Below the pieces are notes generated by a model. The model ran no database searches. It was not told where the DNA came from and saw only the letters and a list, made by a program, of their open reading frames with translations. Positions 1 to 14,300 of a stretch of 64,000 bases of DNA are shown piece after piece (position 1 is the stretch's first letter; the number at the start of each line of letters is the position of its first letter). Origin of the DNA: Gnetum montanum (lineage: Eukaryota > Plantae > Gnetophyta). The DNA lies in the NCBI GenBank assembly GCA_015680685.1, contig MNCI01002813.1, forward strand, positions 675,259 to 739,258. Direction: 5' to 3'. A program made the translations under genes and the position numbers.

Positions 1-351
1 ACCTAGATTGGTGTATCCTTGTCTTTCCAATGTCTATTCCAGTTGATGTATATTGTTGAAGTGTAATAGGATCTCTTAATCACTCCCTAGAAGAATTCTA
101 TTGGTTGGTGGGGACTATCTTAAACATGATGCACATTTGTGGTTCCTTTGTAAATGTGTAGAAAAAACTTTTTTGTTCATAAAAATTTCTAGAAAAGTAT
201 TTTCTATCTTACATGGGTCATTGTATATGTAAAATGCATCTAATAGTAGTCCATGACTCTTCTTGGCTCATGGCTCCATGATTCATCATCCAACTATAAT
301 TGACCATTAATTCTAATTGATCCTTGGGTAGTGATTTGGTCTAATACCAAA

Positions 352-915
352 TCTAACATCCTATTACTATATGTTTAAGTAAATTTCAAATATAATTTAC
401 ATTTGACATTATATGTAAGGAAGATAACATGATAAATGTCAAATATGTGTAACATTTAATATTATGTGTAAATGATCTAAAATGGAAAGTCTATGAGAAA
501 AAGAAAAAAAGTGCTTTATTAATGTACCTATGGCATGCTCTAAGTGTTTCTTGAGATTATCTCTCTTCAGCATCTATCTCTTAGAGGCTATTTAGCACTA
601 CCATTATGGTTTTGCTTGTCATTGGCTAGAAAGGATGGCCAATCCTATTCCTATCCTACTTCATTTTGGACCTATTACTTGCCTTTACTAGCCCTACAAA
701 TCCATGTTGATATGACTTCTAATGCTCATGTATAAATACCTTAGGTCAAATCCCCAAAGGTCATGTCAAGAGACATGCTTGTTATTAAAATATGTCCTTT
801 TGGATCTTAATTACAACTTGCCCTTTTAGGTCTTATTACAATAATTAAAACATTAATTATGAAGAGATACCATTTTTATTATGTAGTGGCATCATTTGAG
901 AATGGGGATGTCATA
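352..915 (-). mobile_element. Degraded 5' LTR of a Ty3/gypsy (chromovirus-like) element, with an adjacent tRNA-Met-type primer binding site (PBS)
   Basis: Termini tctaacatccc...gggatgtcata form a decayed TG..CA inverted pair. They are preceded by ctaatacca (341-349), whose reverse complement TGGTATTAG is a decayed TGGTATCAG Met-PBS. Confidence 0.5.
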
Positions 916-2482
916 ACTACCTTTATGCATAACTATCTAGCTACATAGTACCTATTTTCAAACCTCTTAAGGAAGTACTTATAGTTTCTTTTCCTACCTT
1001 ATCTTTGAACTAGCTTACCCTTTTTTTGTGCCTTCCAGGAAATTTAGTTAGTTGTAAGGGTGAGATAGCTAGAGAAGTTAATTATTATATTTAGATTTTA
1101 TCCATTTCCTCATAGTTTATTTAAGTTATTACTTTCTTGTATTTTTCCAAGTTGTAATATTCAAATAGTTTTTTTAACTATGTAATGCTCCTTGATTGGA
1201 TATGTAGATTTTATACTTATGTATCTTTAGTGTAGGCCTAACATTGTTACACATATTTATTTGAACAATATTGGTATTTATAGTTAGTTTTTTAAAATGT
1301 TTTGACTATAGAAGATTCTAATGTCTAGATGCTATTTAATTATATTTTTCATGTAATTCATTTCATTATTTTTTGGTATATTAGCTATTATAATTATAGG
1401 TTAGATATTAGGACATCAAACGATTATTGCTTAGTGTAATGATTAAGTTTCATATGCAAGGAGATATTTTCATTATATATTTAGTTTTGTACTATTTGCT
1501 TACAATATGTTTGTATCCCTTTGCATCCATTTTAAAGGATTTCTACTACCTTTTATGCTACCATTTTATGACATCCTCCAATTTAACATTGATGAGTCTT
1601 ATAGTTAATGATAGTTAACAGTAAAAATAGTGACAACAACAATTAATAGTGGTCGCAAAAACATGTAACAAGAATGGTAACATTAGTAAACATTGGTAAT
1701 AGTGGTGATACCAATAATAACAATAGTTGACAATGATAATAATAAGTAGAAATAGGTAATAAAAAATGCAAGCATAAACATTGTTATGGTAGAGTCATTT
1801 TTGTTTCAAACATTCACACTCTAGGGAAAGATAATAAAAATTCTAGTAGAAATAAAACAAGACCAAAATAGAGTGAATTTCATAATGTAATATTTGAATA
1901 TTAGGAGAATTATAGATAGATCCATTGATAAATTATAGAAATACACAAATAGAAATATTATATTTGATAAATATGATATTACATCAAATAATTATTATTA
2001 AAATATAAATATTCCCTAACTAATTATTCTAAAAATTGTAAAAGGAAAGCATTGTAATAGCTATCCCTACACAACGAGGAGCATAGTTAATAAAAAGCCT
2101 CACCTAATTAAAATCTCCTAAAATTAGTTTGAAATACTAAGCAAAGGCAAAGGACAAAGATCAAATCTAGAAAGAATCAAAAATGAAACCAAAAATGGAA
2201 AGGACTTATGTAGATTTAAGTTACTATGTTGTCTTATCTAAGGTTATTATTGTATTTGTTAAGGTCTCCCTTTGTAGATTACTCTTATAGATGTCACTGT
2301 TATAAATGAATTACTTTTATTAAAAGGATTATCAAGTATTAGAGTTACAAGATTATGCTAGGGTTAAAATAATTGGGTAATTACTTAAAGAAAAACAACT
2401 AAAAAATTTATAATTAATTCTAAATCTCTAAAATTAAAATAAATCTTATTTCTAAAAGGTTGCATGGGCCAACATTGATCTA

Positions 2483-3260
2483 TGATGAAACATCTTGTAC
2501 ATAAGGGCTATGATATCATATCCACGATATCATAGTTATGATATCATAGCTCTACATATGTCATTGTAAATACAATATAGTGGACCATTGTCATACGTAT
2601 AAATACCAACCCACCACTACATCAAAATGATAAGTTTTTATTAACACAGTGAAATTCCTGTAGTTTGTTTTTGTAAAGTTAGAATTAGAGTAAATGTTTG
2701 TAGTATGATGAATAATATTTTTTAAAAATATTTATTTGAGTGGATTGTTACTAGACACAATTCATAAACAATAATAAATATTGAGATTGTTCTTCATCAT
2801 TACAATATATCACTTAGCATAGTTTTACTTATCCATAATGTTTTCTATTATTTAGTTATTTACATTTACTATTCCAATATCTAGTAGTAAAGTGGAATAT
2901 GTATGGCTAGTTTCAAGTATAAATTTTAATTTTTTGGTAACCTAGTAGTGATTCACTCAATAGTAAAGTTACTTGGTAATCCCAGTAATAGTGACATTAG
3001 CCGAGTATATGTACAAAAAGCTTGGAATGAATACTTATCATCATATGATAGAATAGATTTACATTTTCATTATACTTAGACATATAACATAAAATAATTT
3101 TCACTATGTTTACACCTAGCATTATTAAGAGACAATTAATATCAACTTATGATATACCTCATTGAGAGTTAAACCATATGATTTGCACCTCGCTAACTTT
3201 AAGTAGGAAGAAACTACCTAAATTTACGTGAATTCAAATAGAAGAGAGAGATAAAATTAT
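2483..3260 (+). mobile_element. LTR remnant of the Athila-like family (inverted copy of 32094-32950)
   Basis: 2730-2800 and 3130-3190 match the reverse complements of 32660-32730 and 32240-32300. It shares the TTGGGATTACCAA and GATATCA motifs with LTR 11841-12646. Confidence 0.6.
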
Positions 3261-4599
3261 AAATCAATCAAAAAATAATTTTTTAATTAATTATAATTTG
3301 ATATCAACATATTACATATTAAAAAAGGAAGAAAAAATTTCAAAGTTTTATTATATATATTTGTAGAGTTATTATCTACTAGATTAGCATAATGAAATTT
3401 TTTATGATTTCACATAAGTCTAAAAGAGTGGATAATAAATGAAATTATATTCTAAATTTCAACATAATTTATTTTTTCAACTTTTATAAAATTTCATGAT
3501 GATTCTAGAAAACTATAGATCAAAACCTAACTCAAGCATATGTAAATGATATTGATGCTTTAGTAAGTGACATCTAACCTACCCTAAACCCTAAACCCTA
3601 AATCCTATATCAAAGGAAAAAAATCAAAGTTAAAAAATAAGATATGAAGAAAACCCAGAGATCCATATAAGAATTCTACATAATTTCTAACTTAAATTAG
3701 AATTACAAAAAAACTACCTTCTCATACCTTAAAAAAACCATTGCCCATATTTCCCTTAAACACACAAAATTTTAAAAATCAATTTGCAAAATTCATCACA
3801 TGTAGTTTTCAAAAAACTTGAAATACAAAAATGGAAAAGAAACCAAGATTACTCATCTCTAAACTACACAAACAAATATAAACAATAAGAATGAACATAG
3901 TAAAGATCTAATTGAAAGCACACTTGATCCAAAATCTACTAGCACCTCCATAAGCTTCAATCTTCAATAGTACCTCTTCATCCTATTCATAAAAACATCA
4001 AGGTGTATCAAAGATCCATCAAAGTTTTAATAGAATATTACCAAAAATTATGGAAAATAAAAAATCAACCAGCTACCTAAAAAAATGGTTTTAACTAAAA
4101 GAATACTTCCATTAATTTCTCTCATCACATATGTAACTTCCTCTACTTTCACGTAACATCCACAAACATCAAAATTAATTAATTAAGCATATGCTAATAA
4201 ACCACTATTCCAATATTTTCTAATAAATCTCATAAAATAAAATTAATATAACTAAACTAAATATGAATAAATTAGCTAGCAATATAAGATGTTAAACAAG
4301 ATCATAAAAATATTTAATGAGGAATATCAAGTAAACCATAAATCATCAACCATGTTATGCTCCCAATAAAATCTCTCATGAAATACTATTGAATGAAAAA
4401 AATACATACATACATACCAAAAAAACTTAGATACATAAATATATGAAAAATATATATCATAACATTAATTCATATAGTTATTGCAAAGCTCATGAACACA
4501 AAATATGAAATGAACAACCATAAAATATATCAAACTACTAATATTAATAGCACACTTGGAAACCAATCAAAAAAATATCAATGACTCAACATACATGCC

Positions 4600-6170
4600 A
4601 AGGATCCAAAATATATGAGGTGCTATATCCTTTTCCCTTAAGAATCTTCCTCTCAAAATATTTCATGATTGAAAGAATGTAAATAAAACTCAATACCCCA
4701 AGTAGCCTTTGGAAAATCATTACAGCTCCACAATACTTTCATCATGGACACTATCCTACTATGTAACTAATGTTCCATCTAGTTCACCATTATAATAAAT
4801 TACTTCATGTATGATGCATTAACTTGAAGATATACCTTGGTCAAATAAACAACATGAAAGTTATCAGAAACATACTTTTACAACATGGAGACATGGAACA
4901 CATCATGCATGCTCAAAAGATGTGAAGGCCAGTCAATACTATATACAACCTCTTCTATATTTTTAAAAAACATTTAAAAACTTGTATAACAAGGTGAAAC
5001 CTAACCTTTTCAATCAAAATGCACCAAATCCTATAGTGGGGAGACATGAACAATCACTTTGTCATTAACTACAAACTTGAGAAATCTCCTTCTACAGTTT
5101 ACATAGCTCACTTGGCAATCCCAAGCAACTTTAATTTACTTAGAAATCTCCCTAATATACTTTTTCATCTTTATCACAACATCTAAACTAATTCACTATC
5201 TATCCTTAATTACATTGTAACACAAAGGGATCTTGTAAGACCTATCATACAAGACATCATACAATGCTACCTTCAGGCTTCTTTGATAGCTATTAACTTT
5301 GTTAGTGATAAAAAAATATTCCAACTATTTGCAAATTGCAAAGCACTAGACCAAAGTGTATCCTCCAACACCAAGTTGACTCTCTCAACCTAGCCATTAG
5401 TTGGAGGATGATAAGCTAAACTTATATTTTGCCAAGTACACAAGTTATCCATGAACCTAGGACAAAATCAAGAAGTGAATTTGGCATTATGATCTAAGAT
5501 AATTTTGGTAGGAATGCTATGCAATTGTACAATCTCAAAAATGAACAACTATAAAACTTCATCCACATCAGTTGAAGTCCTCGTAGCTAGGAAATGGACT
5601 AACTTGGTTGAAAAGTCCATTATAAGGATAACATCCTTTCTATTCCTAGTATGAGGTGAACTTGAAATGAAATCCATATTTATCACCTCCTACTTCTACT
5701 ATGGAATAGTGTGAGGGTGCAAGTAGCCACCTAGTTATTGATGTTTAAGTTTAACTTGTTAATAGATTAAAATTTTAGTCATAAATTCCCCAACCTACTT
5801 CTTCATGTCTAGTTACCAATACAACCCCTTTATCATCTAATATATCTAGTAATTACCCATATGCATCTAAATACTATTGAGATGAGATACCTTCAATAGA
5901 AATTATCATAAGGAATTAGGCACACATATGTGATTCTTATGATGAAGCAACCCAAGTACATTAACTATCACAGAATAATAACTAGATTTCCAAAGCTACC
6001 CACACCAAGGATTACACTAATGCTCTACATAAATCTTACTAATCACATCATACCAAATCACCAAACTATGGATCTTACTGGCCACATGGCTTAAGGACTC
6101 TGCAACAACATTCCTTTTACTTGTCCAATACTAGATGGTATAATCATATTACCATTCCCATAAAAGCTTG
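4600..6170 (-). pseudogene. pol: Degraded Ty3/gypsy pol 3' part (RNase H end, integrase, probable chromodomain)
   Basis: Minus-strand motifs: YDYTI*YWTSKRNVVAESLS (~6090-6150), EVINMDFI (~5670-5690), SLAYHPPTNG*VER (~5382-5422) and MHDVFHVSML*KY (~4872-4910). Many stop codons. Confidence 0.85.
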
Positions 6171-6906
6171 ATTTCCTAAATCACTTACTAGAAAAATGGT
6201 TTTGAGGATTTTTCTCTATATTTGTATCCTTTTCTTTTCTTTTCTTTTCTTTTTCATTGGGTTTGAAAGTCTTTCTATTTGTAGAAGGATTAGAAGTAAC
6301 ATTAGGAAGTCTAGATGTAGTGAGATTTTTTTGACCTTAAGTTATATTAGAATCCATAATTGCTATATTCCTCATTTGAAGATGAATCTTCTTCTAAACT
6401 TGATAGAAGAAGAGTCATTTCTCTCTGCCCACTTTTCTTTGGGACAAAATTTAAATAAGAGGCACCTATGACTTTGGTTGCGGCATCGCTAAGGCATTGC
6501 CATGTGATTAGCCATCTGTGGCCATGTGTTTGAGCATAGAATATGCTGCCTGCTTGTGCTTTTTCTTAGCCTCTTTTCATTTCACATTTGGCAACATTTT
6601 TAATTTGGATGGAATAAGCTACAGTGGAGTTTTGTCATGATGTAGCTATGTGAAAAGATGTATTCTATTTGAGAATGCGTGGGATTTTTAGGGTTGCATG
6701 CTCCAAGCATATCACCCATATATGGATTTTCTGATTGTTCTACACTGCATTTGCTCTACTCTGCTTAGTATTTTGGAAAATTTACATCCAAAAATATGAT
6801 CTAGAGAGTTCGTTTACATATTTGAATCAATTTGGGGTGGTGGTTGGGCATCTCTGTGTTACCACTGTAAACAGGCTATGCCTATTTTGTGGGTAGGCGA
6901 GTTGCA

Positions 6907-8019
6907 ATGGTAGATTCATCAAGTTCTACTCTCCCTTAGGGAAGTTCCTCTACCTCACCTCAAATTGATTTCCTTTTACCTGATGATATTTTTGAAGCAA
7001 TTTCCAATGATTTCGAAACTCATTTTATTTTTTTTCCAATTGTGGGATTTTTACCAAGGTCCCCAAGTATAAACACTCAAGTACAAAGCCTCCTTCTATC
7101 CCAGGGAATTTAGGTTTCTCATGCATGATACTATGGTAAAAATTTCATTTTTGTGGAACTATCCAATGCCTCTCAGGTTAAGAAGGCTCTCTCTCTAAAA
7201 ATTTTTCCAACACAGAATGTAACCCTAATAGCATGTGCCTAGATATTTGACTTTAATGTCAACAACCAAACTTTTAATATGATTTCCTATTACATGGAAT
7301 TACCCAATCTTCCACTTATCTTTTCATCTATTGAGAGGGACATTGTGAGCACTTGGGTCCTATTATTTACGATCATTGTATGACTATTATCTATTACGAT
7401 GATTATTCTGCACTTATCTTCCACTCAAATTTTCCATTATTATATTGAATTGGATATAGCTCTTCAGAAGACCTCATTAACCCTCGCTGCTATTGGAAAA
7501 CTCTTCACCCAAAAAGTGAAGTATTTTTACCTTCCAAATTCATGTAGCTATTATCATAGGGCCAAGCATCATATTTCAGCGTGTCCAATCCTAGCTAGGA
7601 AGAAACCACCTGTAGCATCTCAGAACAGTTGTCCCTTAGTCATACCATTACACCCATCCTTAGTATCCTTTAAATTTGGATCTCCTTCCACAATAGCTCC
7701 ACAATCCTCCTCTTAGTCTAGCCCCTCCAAGCTATAGAAACAATAATTAGGTACTCACACCTCCACCCATGTCATCCCCTCAAAGGTAGTCAAGGACTCT
7801 ATTTTGGTGGATGAGTTCATGGTGAGTAGTGGAAGGAAACGAGTTAAAGCTTCTTTTAGTTCTACTCCTCCCTCCATCTCCTCTTCACTGAATACTTCCA
7901 TGGCCCCTATCTCCATCAAAAACTTCTTTGCCCTCCTATCAGGAACAATGGAAGTTGATAATTTGACTTCCAAACCTTCCATTGACCTCTCATCCAAACT
8001 ACCTCTTGTTTTTCAATGA
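6907..8019 (+). pseudogene. LINE (L1-like) ORF1, disrupted
   Basis: ATG at 6907. MELPNLPL motif (~7295-7318), decayed zinc knuckle CSYYHRAKHHISACP (~7540-7590), Ser/Pro-rich tail with NFFALL. It lies directly upstream of the endonuclease ORF. Confidence 0.7.
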
Positions 8020-11000
8020 ACCTCCTTTCATGGAATGCTCAAGGCCTTATTGGTAGCCTTTGACAAAAATGAGTAGGAAACATTTTTTCTAGTATTAATA
8101 TAGCCTTTGATTTCATTCTCCTTCAAGAAATTAAGGCTTTAGCTGATCTTTTATCCTTTTGTACCCATTGGTTTCTTTCTCACTCCTCAATACTAGCAAC
8201 GTCCCATGCCAATGGGAAAGGAGGCATGGCCATTTTCCTCTCACCCTACTAGAAAACTAAAATCCTTCAAAATGGTTCTAATTCTAGGCATAGATTTTCT
8301 TTATCCACCTTCTCCTCCTTGCATGGCCATTTTGGCATTTTCTCGATATATGTCCCAAACGACTCCACAAAACGGGCTCTCCTTTGGCAAGAACTTGCAA
8401 ATTCTCTTCCCCCAGTGCCTTGGATATTCGGAGGAGATTTTAATATCTTTGAATTCCCTCATGATAAGCTTGGAGGGGTTTTTTTTCAACTACCCAATCT
8501 CGAGTATTAGACCTAGTCTACCTTTAAGAAAAGGTTTTACCTTCTAATGGGGTAGACACCTCCACAAGCATTTCCCTCCATAGATTTAGTTGGAGCAATC
8601 TTTGTCTTGGGTAGGCTCACATCTATAGTAGGTTAGATAGGTGCTATTTCTCCACCCTTTCCTTTTGGCAAGCCATCTCCACTACTATGGTTCATCACCA
8701 TGCCACCTTATCAGATCATCTTCCTATCTCCATATCTATCAAGATTCATGATAGCCCTCACTGAAAAAAATTCCATCTTTTCTAACTAAACAACAATTTT
8801 TTCTCTTTCCCTACTACCTAACTTCTTCTATCCAACCTTTGGAATGTTGAACCTGGGCCTCTAAATCATGTGGGTTGGATTAACTGGTGGCATCATGCTT
8901 CATATCGAGTGCAAAACTTTTCTTGTTGGTATGGTAAGGTAGTAGCTACTCGGCCCAGAAAAGAATAAAAAAAATCACCTCACTATTGAACATCTTACTA
9001 ATAGACTAGATTAAGATCCCTTCAACACTCTAGTTCATAAGGAGCTAGCTAGAGCACAATTATCCTTTCAACATTGGGATGTATACCAAGCACAAAGTGC
9101 CTTAACTAAAAGTCAGCTCACTTGGTTAAATATTCAAGATGAACACTGTAAGGAATTTTTCAAGTACTTCAACAATGCTTCCACTTCACATTCTATTGAG
9201 AAAATTTCTAGTGATTGTAACACCATTACAGACCATAACAGTATCCTATCTTTTCTCAAGAACCATTATGAAACCCTTTTTTTAGCGACCCTAATGGACA
9301 TTTCATCATTCAAGTCTGCCACCCCAAATTATCCTCACCTTATCAACTCCACTATGCTACAAAGTCTTGATGTAGATATCACTCTGGTAGAGCTACAAGT
9401 GGCCTGTCCCATGTTAAGTCAAGGAAAGGCTCCTAGTTATGATGGTTTCCCGATGGAATTTTTTCAAAATCATTGGGATTTGGTGGAAAATGATCTTCTA
9501 CAAGTCATTAATGAGGGTATCTTCATTGGTTTCCTTAGGCCCAATCTAAATCAAGGGGTAATTCGTCCCCTCCCCAAGTTTCGGGATCTTACCAATATCT
9601 CTAATTGGTGTCCCATTACTCTTCTCAATGTAGTATATAAAATTTGGGCTAAGTGCCTAGCCATACGGCTGAAAAAAATTCTTGGCTAGATCATATTGCC
9701 CCAAAAAACAAGATTTATTCCTGGTAGATATATTTTAGACAATGTGTTTGTTGTGTGGGAAGGTCTCAAGTAGGCCAAGGATGATGGTCAAGATATTCTC
9801 CTAGTGAAACTTGATTACATTAAAGTGTATGACAACATAAAGTGGGATTTTATATTGCAGACCATGAACAAACTTGGTTTTGGACCTACGTTCCTACATA
9901 TGGCAAAATTCTTATTCTCAGATTCTATTGCAAGTGTAGCCACTACCTTTGGAATTACCTCTCTCTTTCTAATACATAGGTCAGTGGGGCAAGGTTTTCC
10001 TCTTACCCCCTACCTCTTTATCATTGTCATAGACTTTCTTTGTCATTAGATTAACCTGGACATTCAAACTAAAATTCTCACTAGGGTTCACCTTTCTTCC
10101 TCTCAATAACAGCTTCTCAATATGCACTTTGTTGATGACACTTTTTTCCTAGTTCAAAAAACAGCTGCCAATTTGCATCACCTCTTATCAAGGGTGGAGA
10201 AATATTGTAGACTCTCAAGTTCCAATATAAATTGGAATAAATCCTCTATTTATAGATTTATAGGAAATTACAACCATGTGACCAACTATATTTGGAAGAA
10301 TCTTTAGGATCAAGATATTGTTAAGATTCTGGGAATCCCTTTTCATTTTAGAGGTTCAACCTCCATTCTCTAGGAGTAGGTTATTTATCAGATCTAAAAG
10401 AAACTTGAAAAATGGAAGACTAAACCCTTCACACTTGCAGGTAAATACCTTGTATGTAAATCCATATGTGCATCAACCCATATGTACCACTCTTTGTGTT
10501 GGGCCCCCTCCCAAGCTACCTACCAAAATCTTGAATGGTTATTTCATGACTTTATGTGGTCCACCAAAGATTCTCAGAAAGGATTTCATCGAGTCACTTC
10601 GAATATTGTTACTCTCTGATGCCTTAGGTCTTTTGAATTCTTATAAGTAGGGAATTACCCTAGTTACTAAGTGGTTGGTACAACATTTAGATGCCTCAGA
10701 TATAATTGGGACCCTCCTCCAATTAAGGCTTCATCAAGAATTTCCTAAAAACAAGCCCTTCTGGAAAGACATCCATTTTGTCCATTAGATGTTTTTCCCC
10801 CTCACTGTCATTATTTTTATATCTCATGTTTTTAAAAGCATCTAGAAGGCTTGGAAAATTATACATTGTTACTAGACTGGACTAACATAAAAATCAACTC
10901 TACTATCCTCTCTAGATTTTTTCTATGGTGGTTACATCTATTGCCCACTCTCCTTGCCATGAAAAAGGATAAGGTAGCTACCTTGTGGTATCAGAAGGGT

Positions 11001-11840
11001 GTCATATCCTTGAATTATCTTAGGCTGGCTAGTTGTTGGATTTTTTGGGTCAAGTTTAACAATTTGTATAGGGAGTCGACAGTAATGAACCATTACCTAG
11101 TCTAGATTTACTCCTTTCTCCAAGGTCATTGGAAACTTGATGTTATAATGAAAATCTCTTTTCATGGCCTTTAATGGATTAATGGAGTTAAACTCTTACC
11201 CTATTGGCCATCTATCCCCTTACATCTTATGCATGACCCATCTGAGGTCATTCAACACTACAATAAGTATTAGCACAAACAAGAGTTAGTAACATTTTGG
11301 ATCCCTCTCTTCCAACACATTTGGAAACTTCCAACCCTTCCCAAAATTAAGCAATTCCTCTAGTGTCTCCTCCACCATGGTCTACCTATTGGTAAATGTT
11401 TCGAATATCTAGGGATTCCCAATTCCAATTTCTCTCTCTATGGTGGAGAAGATAACTTTGTCCATGTGTTTTGGCATTGTCCCTTTGCTCAGCATGTGTG
11501 GGAGTTGGCTTCCATAGTTTTTCCATCATACAATCTATCTCAAGAGGATGTCATATTCGGCTTTTTGAAAATTACTTCTGCTAATCTCAAGTTTTTGTGA
11601 AAATTTATTACGCTTATTATTTTATATTATATTTGGAAGTGAAGATGTAATGTTATATTTCAAAGGATTGACTATTCTAATAAATGTTTGCTCACCAGGT
11701 TGGAGAATTTATAGATCTTTTGCCTCATTCATTTCCAACTCACATCTCAAGCATCTAGGTTCAATCTAGATAGTCATCAATTGGTTCATCTCTTGCAGCC
11801 ATGGGAAAGACTTGAGTGTTCCAGTAACACTCATTAGTAG
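8016..11840 (+). pseudogene. LINE ORF2: APE endonuclease, reverse transcriptase and zf-RVT-like region, disrupted
   Basis: APE motifs MNLLSWNAQGL (8016), LLQEIK, SIYVPND, PWIFGGDFN, SRLDR, LSDH. Non-LTR RT motifs GKAPSYDGFPMEFF, WCPITLLNVVYKIWAKCLAIRLK, KLDYIKVYD, GQGFPLTPYLF, HFVDD. C-terminal motifs KIKQFL and HVFWHCPFAQHVW (~11340-11500). Confidence 0.93.
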
Positions 11841-12646
11841 TGATGAGTGGTGAGGTACCCCTACACTCAACCATACGAATACAAGTGTTACATGCATGAT
11901 TCGGTCGAACTCCAAGGACTAAGTGCTTACACGCCTTATGTAACACTTAAGGTTAATCAGTCATTGTCTTCCCAAGCTCACTTGTATTTGTCATGATTGT
12001 ATGTTTAAGTGAACTTGAGGGATATGATTTTTATGTCTTTTATGTTTTTATCGCCTATGCTCAGATGGAAAAGGGTGAAGAGACTAAGCAACTAACCTTT
12101 GCTAACTAATATCTAATTATCCTAGCATCAGTATCCATTCCCACTTGCCATTTACACCTTGAACTAATGCAATGCTATTGGGATTACCAAACACTATTTG
12201 TTACTGGAATTATCAAATGTAACACACGTGCTCAAAGCGGTCATACTAAATGCACTTAACTATGATAGTTGAGGGTTGAGAGAGATTAAGTCCCTAAGAA
12301 AGAATTTAAAAATTTAACAATAATTAAAGTCCTATTTAGCTTAGTCCATATGCTACAAGGTTTATCCAAAAGTTCATCTTTATTATTGTATACAATTATG
12401 TGCTCAAGTACAGAATTGCTCGAATAAAGATCTGTTCACTTTGGGACTCCTACTACAGGCACATGGAAATTATTCTAACTCTAGAATGGTAAAATAGCAA
12501 GAGTTTGGCTAAGGTCTAGATCTATATGGAGAAACAAGGGAGAGCCACCTCTTATTTATAGAACTGGCGATGGGCTATGATATCACGTACGCGATATTGC
12601 AGCTTTCGACGTGATATGGAAGCCCATGCAATATTGCATCCCATCA
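11841..12646 (-). repeat. 3' LTR of element A
   Basis: Colinear with 20929-21657. A G-run (plus-strand taccccc) sits at the position expected for the polypurine tract (PPT). Confidence 0.85.
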
Positions 12647-13016
12647 TACCCCCATGACTAAATGAAAACTCATCCTTGAGTTCCTTACAAAATACTGGGA
12701 AGGTATGGGATTATTGACTTGAATGGAACTAATGGTGAATGGGATGACATGTGAATGGATCATCATTACAAAACATGAAAAAACTAGTGTTCATGGCAAC
12801 AAGAGTGAACACTATGTACATTTGACATCCAACCTTATTTGGTAGCTGAGAGAGAAAGAGAGAGAAAAATAAGTTTGCTACTACCAACGCCAAGATTGCA
12901 CCTTTCATTGTCCTTCAAGCACACAATCAATCTCCTTCCTTGCATAGCTATTTTAGCATCAATCCATTCCAAGTGTTCCCTCTAGATCTAATATGTTGTT
13001 GTATGATTGCCATCTA

Positions 13017-14300
13017 TGTACCGCTCGAAATCATCGGTCCTCGGCTGGAAGGAAAAACAGAGACTGTGGAATCACAGGACAAGCACAGATGATCCTACCT
13101 TTGCCTAAGGGTGAGCTGGAATGCATGAAGGTAGGGTACCTTGGGTGGCCTGCACGCGGATCAGACAAGGATTTCCCTGAGCGTCACCGAGGTGTTATAC
13201 GCTGGGTTATGTGTAAACAATGTGGCGGAATAAAACAAGGCGTAAACAGTGAAAGTGTCAGGCGTATACAGCGTAAACAGTGAAATAGATGCAGCATAAG
13301 CGTAAACGGGTGTAAGTGTAAGCGTAAGCGTAAAATGGCATAAGCGTAAGCGTAAGCGTAAATAGGCATAAATAGATGTAGATGCAACGTAAGCTTATCC
13401 AAGTGTAAACAGCGTAAAAAAGTTTAAATAGTGTAGACAAATGTAAATAGCGTAAACAGTGCGAGCGTCAATGAAATGTAAACTGCAATAATGACGCTGT
13501 AAGAAAATAGTTTTTGAGGTACCAGTCTTAACGTAGTTGTGCGTGTACATAAGGCGAACGAAAAGTCCTGGTGGGTGCTGGGTGGCTAGGCTAGGTTACA
13601 CTATAGATGCGGCGTAGAGATTGTCCACGACTTACAAATATTGCAGCGTAATTGTTCCTGGGTGTGCTCTGGTAAAATTTTTTGCCAACCGTCCTCCTCT
13701 GTCCTATCCAAATTCACGGGAAACTGGGTTTTTATAGTGGGGCTTCACTTGGAAAATCAGGTTGGGAGACACGTGGCGTGTTGACCAGGTGCATACAATT
13801 TAGAAATATGGTATACATTAGGTGTATACGCTACATCAGGTCGGCTTATACGCTGGGCTTACTATGTGTGTGAACTTGGGTGGACGCTAGGCATATACGC
13901 TGATGAATGTTGGCATATATGCTATTGGCACTGTTGTTCGATGTTGGTGTATACGCTGTGGGGTGCTAGCGTCTACGCTAGGCGTAGACGTTGTGGGATG
14001 CTGGCGTCTTTGCTAGGTGTATACGCTGTCGGACGTTGGCGTATATGCTGTAGGATGCTGGCGTATACGCTAGGCATATACGTTGTAGGATGCTGGCATA
14101 TACGTTGGGCGTAGACGCTATAGAATGCTGGCATATACGCTGGGCGTATACGCTGTAGATAGTGAAAATCTGCACTTTTGATCTCCAAAGCTCTCTAAAG
14201 GCACCTCGTTCGGCGTCAGAGAAGCTTGTGCTTGCCAGTGGATTGCCAGGACTTGCTCGGTGTTGAATAGTACTAAGCTCCAAATTTTTGTGGTGTTTCA
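13017..14300 (-). repeat. 3' LTR of element C, with internal GCGTAA and GCRTATACGCT repeats
   Basis: Minus-strand TGAAACACC...GGTACA termini and a candidate TATAAAA at ~13730. Confidence 0.8.

Noticed and set aside
1600-1780. AAT/AAC/AGT-rich stretch
   Set aside because: A degenerate microsatellite only.
3581-3606. Plant telomere repeat CCCTAAA x3
   Set aside because: Too short to be a telomere or a meaningful interstitial array. Such runs are common in plant repeats.
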